Shown here piece by piece: positions 17,381 to 20,000 of a DNA stretch of 20,000 nucleotides. The translations under genes and the position numbers were made by a program. The notes below the pieces were generated by a model. It worked only from the letters and a program-made list of their open reading frames with translations, ran no database searches and was not told the DNA's origin. The DNA comes from an uncultured virus (IMG/VR IMGVR_UViG_3300028030_000352) (taxonomy: Duplodnaviria; Heunggongvirae; Uroviricota; Caudoviricetes): the IMG/VR virus record IMGVR_UViG_3300028030_000352; one strand, written 5' to 3'. Within the stretch, counting starts at the first letter, position 1; every line of letters begins with the position of its first letter.

Positions 17381-18502
17381 TTATGAAAGTGCTTCTATTA
17401 GTTTGTTAATAATAGAGTCGAAACTCTTTTTGTCTACTCCATCAATGTCTACCATGCGAATGAATCCGTTTGGACTAACGCTTGCCCTGATAGATCCGAT
17501 CGCCATCTCTGGTGGGACATTCTGCATGAATTGTACAACCCTGTTTAACTTTTTGATATCATCTCTACTTGGACTATAGTTAGACCCCTCAATCGCCGAC
17601 ACAGATCTGTCCATTGCGCTCATTATAAAGACAAATCTTTCATCCATTGAAAGCCTGTCATACTTAGACTGTACTTTTTTGCCATTGAGAAGGTCATCAA
17701 CGAGTCCGTCAATTTTTACGTAGTATGTAAGCCATACTTGAAACTTGATAGCAGCCTCTGTGCCAACATAGCCCTCGATGGCCATGATTTGGTCTTTCAC
17801 CGTCATGTTATTATTTTCCATCAGGCCAAGCACTCCTGATGCCATCGTCCATGACCTTGGTGACGGTTTTGTCAGTGTTTGTTCATCTTCTGACTCGTGG
17901 TCCACTAGGATTTGACCTGGGTTTTTCATGAGATAACCGGTGATCAGTGGGTGCACCTTATTGTTTGATGCCCATGACACCCATCCATCAATGCTAGGTT
18001 GAAGAGTGTAAATCAGTGACCTGTTCGCTACTGGACGCGAAATTTCATTGGAGAACGCTCCCTCGTCCGGCATGTTTGCTGTTGCGATAATCACCTTCGT
18101 TCCAGTTTTTCTTCCCATGATCGACTGGTCTTGGAAGAACTCAAGCAGTGGGGCTTGAAGTTCTCTTGCTGACTTGTCAAGCTCGTCCAGTAAGACGACA
18201 CTAGGTTCATTTTCTTTAGTGAATAGGTCTGGTGGAGCCCACCGAGTTACTCCATCCACGACTTGTGGGATTCCTAGGAAGTCTGTCGCTTCCATTACCG
18301 ACAAGTTGATGTAAACGAGTTTCATTCCGGACTCTTTTACTAGCTGCTCTGCGATTTTCGTCTTCCCTACTCCCGCTGGTCCGAAGACGATCATGTTCCG
18401 GTAGATTCTTTCGTTTTCTGCGTTTTTTAGCAGAAATCTCACCATTCTTTCGTACTGGATGGTGTTTATCGTGCGGACGTTTTTGATTTGGTAGTTTTTC
18501 AT
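17381..18502 (-). CDS. MoxR-type/AAA_5 AAA+ ATPase
   Basis: Walker A GPAGVGKT, Walker B VVLLDE, sensor I ATAN, Arg finger PVANR and a PSPRSW motif. Adjacent to a VWA gene. Confidence 0.92.
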   Translation of the reverse strand: MKNYQIKNVRTINTIQYERMVRFLLKNAENERIYRNMIVFGPAGVGKTKIAEQLVKESGMKLVYINLSVMEATDFLGIPQVVDGVTRWAPPDLFTKENEPSVVLLDELDKSARELQAPLLEFFQDQSIMGRKTGTKVIIATANMPDEGAFSNEISRPVANRSLIYTLQPSIDGWVSWASNNKVHPLITGYLMKNPGQILVDHESEDEQTLTKPSPRSWTMASGVLGLMENNNMTVKDQIMAIEGYVGTEAAIKFQVWLTYYVKIDGLVDDLLNGKKVQSKYDRLSMDERFVFIMSAMDRSVSAIEGSNYSPSRDDIKKLNRVVQFMQNVPPEMAIGSIRASVSPNGFIRMVDIDGVDKKSFDSIINKLIEALS

Positions 18503-18529
18503 GTTAGTATTGTTTTCCTTTTTTGTATG

Positions 18530-20000
18530 TTATCTGAGAATTGACTTCTTGCCAAACGGTGGATCGAATTCTTCATAACCAGATGTTATGATCCAGTTTA
18601 CAGAGACTCGTGGATTCTCCGCATGTTCAATCTCTGCAATATAACCATCAGACATCACGATGATCAGATCAGTTTCTCTTCTATCAAAGTTTTTCCAGAT
18701 GTCTTCAAAGATTTCATTGAAGACGGTTCCACCACCACCCTGAAGTTTCGTTTTCTTAATGTCCTCTGTTCTTTCGATCGGAACAGCTTTTTCCCAATAA
18801 ACTTTTGCGTCTACTGGAATTACAGTTCCCTTGCACCCGATTTTAGTCAATGCTTTTAGTTGTGTCAGACCTAGAGCTATTTGTTCATCGTTCATCGATC
18901 CGGACGTATCGATAAACGCTACGAACTGTACAACATAATCCTTTGTCTTAGGAAAATAAAGTTTCAGTCCACCTAGCAATCTCTTTCTGGGTCGTGACCA
19001 GTCAGATCTCTTTCCTCTTTTCACAAGACGACGTGCTGTTCTTGTGATTAGATCCTTTGCCTTGAGTTGCGGTTCACCGATTTCATCCAGCAATCTCTCA
19101 AGTCCACTCGCAGTCTTTCCTGCATTAACCGACGCGGCGTGTTGACGAGCCTTTTGAATCTCAAGTTCTCGCTCCTCGTCGGTCATGTCATTTTTCATAT
19201 CATGGTCATCCGGATTTATTGGACCATACTGAATCTCCTTTTTGCCATACTTTCCGGACCATGAGTCCCTCCAGTTATCAGCAATTTGATCCTCTAGTTG
19301 ATCACCGGATTGATCACCCTGTTGACCGCCCTGTTGGTTCCCTGATTGGTTCCCTGATTGATCACCCTGTTGATCTCCGGATTGACCGCCCCGTTGGTTC
19401 CCTGATTGATCACCCTGTTGATCACCCTTACAAGTTTGATCCGGCTCTCCATACTCATCGCCCTGCTCACCTGGCTGGCCATCGGATTGGCTACCTGGCT
19501 GTTCACCTTGCTGATCACCAGGTTGTTTACCTGATTGATCATTGGTCTGGCTTCCTGGCGTATCACATGATTGATTATCTTGCTTATCATCGGGCTGATT
19601 GCCAGATTCACATTGTCCATATTTTGACCTATCACCAGGTTCACATTGATCATTATTCGATTGATCCCCTAATTGGTCACCGGATTTGCACTGTTGTTCA
19701 CCAGACTGCTCACCGGATTGATCACCGGATTGATCATCACCGGATTGATCACCGGACTGTTCACCGGATTGATCATCACCCTGCTCACCAGACTGCTCTC
19801 CAGATTGATCATCACCGGATTGATCATCACCTAATTGATCATCACCGGACTGCTCATCACCGGATTGATCATCACCGGACTGCTCATCACCGGACTGCTC
19901 ATCACCTAATTGATCATCACCGGACTGCTCATCACCTAATTGATCATCACCGGACTGCTCATCACCGGACTGCCCATCACCGGACTGCCCATCACCGGAC
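18530..20000 (-). CDS. VWA-like domain protein (DUF2201-type, MoxR partner) with a long low-complexity linker; 5' end outside the window
   Basis: MIDAS DTSGSM, GGGGT and SDG motifs. The frame was checked manually and is open from 19198 to the window edge without Met (...SGDEQ repeats...QLEDQIADNWRDSWSGKYGKKEIQYGPINPDDHDMKND), so the 222-aa track ORF is only the C-terminal part. Confidence 0.88.
   Translation of the reverse strand, partial: SGDGQSGDGQSGDEQSGDDQLGDEQSGDDQLGDEQSGDEQSGDDQSGDEQSGDDQLGDDQSGDDQSGEQSGEQGDDQSGEQSGDQSGDDQSGDQSGEQSGEQQCKSGDQLGDQSNNDQCEPGDRSKYGQCESGNQPDDKQDNQSCDTPGSQTNDQSGKQPGDQQGEQPGSQSDGQPGEQGDEYGEPDQTCKGDQQGDQSGNQRGGQSGDQQGDQSGNQSGNQQGGQQGDQSGDQLEDQIADNWRDSWSGKYGKKEIQYGPINPDDHDMKNDMTDEERELEIQKARQHAASVNAGKTASGLERLLDEIGEPQLKAKDLITRTARRLVKRGKRSDWSRPRKRLLGGLKLYFPKTKDYVVQFVAFIDTSGSMNDEQIALGLTQLKALTKIGCKGTVIPVDAKVYWEKAVPIERTEDIKKTKLQGGGGTVFNEIFEDIWKNFDRRETDLIIVMSDGYIAEIEHAENPRVSVNWIITSGYEEFDPPFGKKSILR
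19298..20000. repeat. Degenerate 12/15-bp coding tandem repeats (SGDEQ/SGDDQ/SGDQ)
   Basis: Units such as ATCACCGGACTGCTC and ATCACCGGATTGATC, most regular from ~19700 to 20000. Confidence 0.9.

Noticed and set aside
1909..19264. All plus-strand ORFs in the track (and 5306..5503 on the minus strand)
   Set aside because: They are short, antisense to or nested in well-supported minus-strand genes, and have no recognisable motifs; several simply mirror tandem repeats.
19294..19653. 119-aa ORF MINVNLVIGQ...
   Set aside because: It is an alternative-frame shadow of the VWA linker repeats.
19298..20000. Repeat array as a CRISPR array or non-coding repeat
   Set aside because: Units are contiguous 12/15-mers without unique spacers and lie in an open frame continuous with the VWA domain.
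1..20000. Alternative genetic code or stop-codon recoding
   Set aside because: Standard code 11 gives dense full-length ORFs, and TAA, TAG and TGA are all used as stops at sensible junctions.
1..20000. tRNA or rRNA genes
   Set aside because: Intergenic gaps are short, and none shows a cloverleaf with T-loop/D-loop consensus.

Overview
AT-rich, gene-dense 20 kb window. Essentially all real genes lie on the minus strand with tight or overlapping junctions, consistent with an accessory region of a large (jumbo-type) phage or similar mobile genome; this is an inference, since no hallmark structural genes are present. In transcription order: a 5'-truncated VWA-like protein with a long G/D/Q/S repeat linker plus a MoxR-type AAA+ ATPase; three small hypotheticals; a ~13.6 kb block (3038-16651) containing five signal-peptide-less DUF285/BspA-like 25-aa-repeat proteins (one frameshifted), several paralogous hypothetical families, a stand-alone SLOG-like protein and a histone-H1-tail/ribbon-helix-helix protein; then an acidic-repeat protein, a Cys-rich Sel1-repeat lipoprotein and a 3'-truncated GIY-YIG-like/SF2 helicase. 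The most striking signal is that 14 of ~21 otherwise dissimilar proteins in the central block end with the same length-registered C-terminal signature (hydrophobic -9, often K -7, M/L/I -6, I -3), suggesting a shared C-terminal targeting or docking tag. Two long intergenic inverted repeats also occur.
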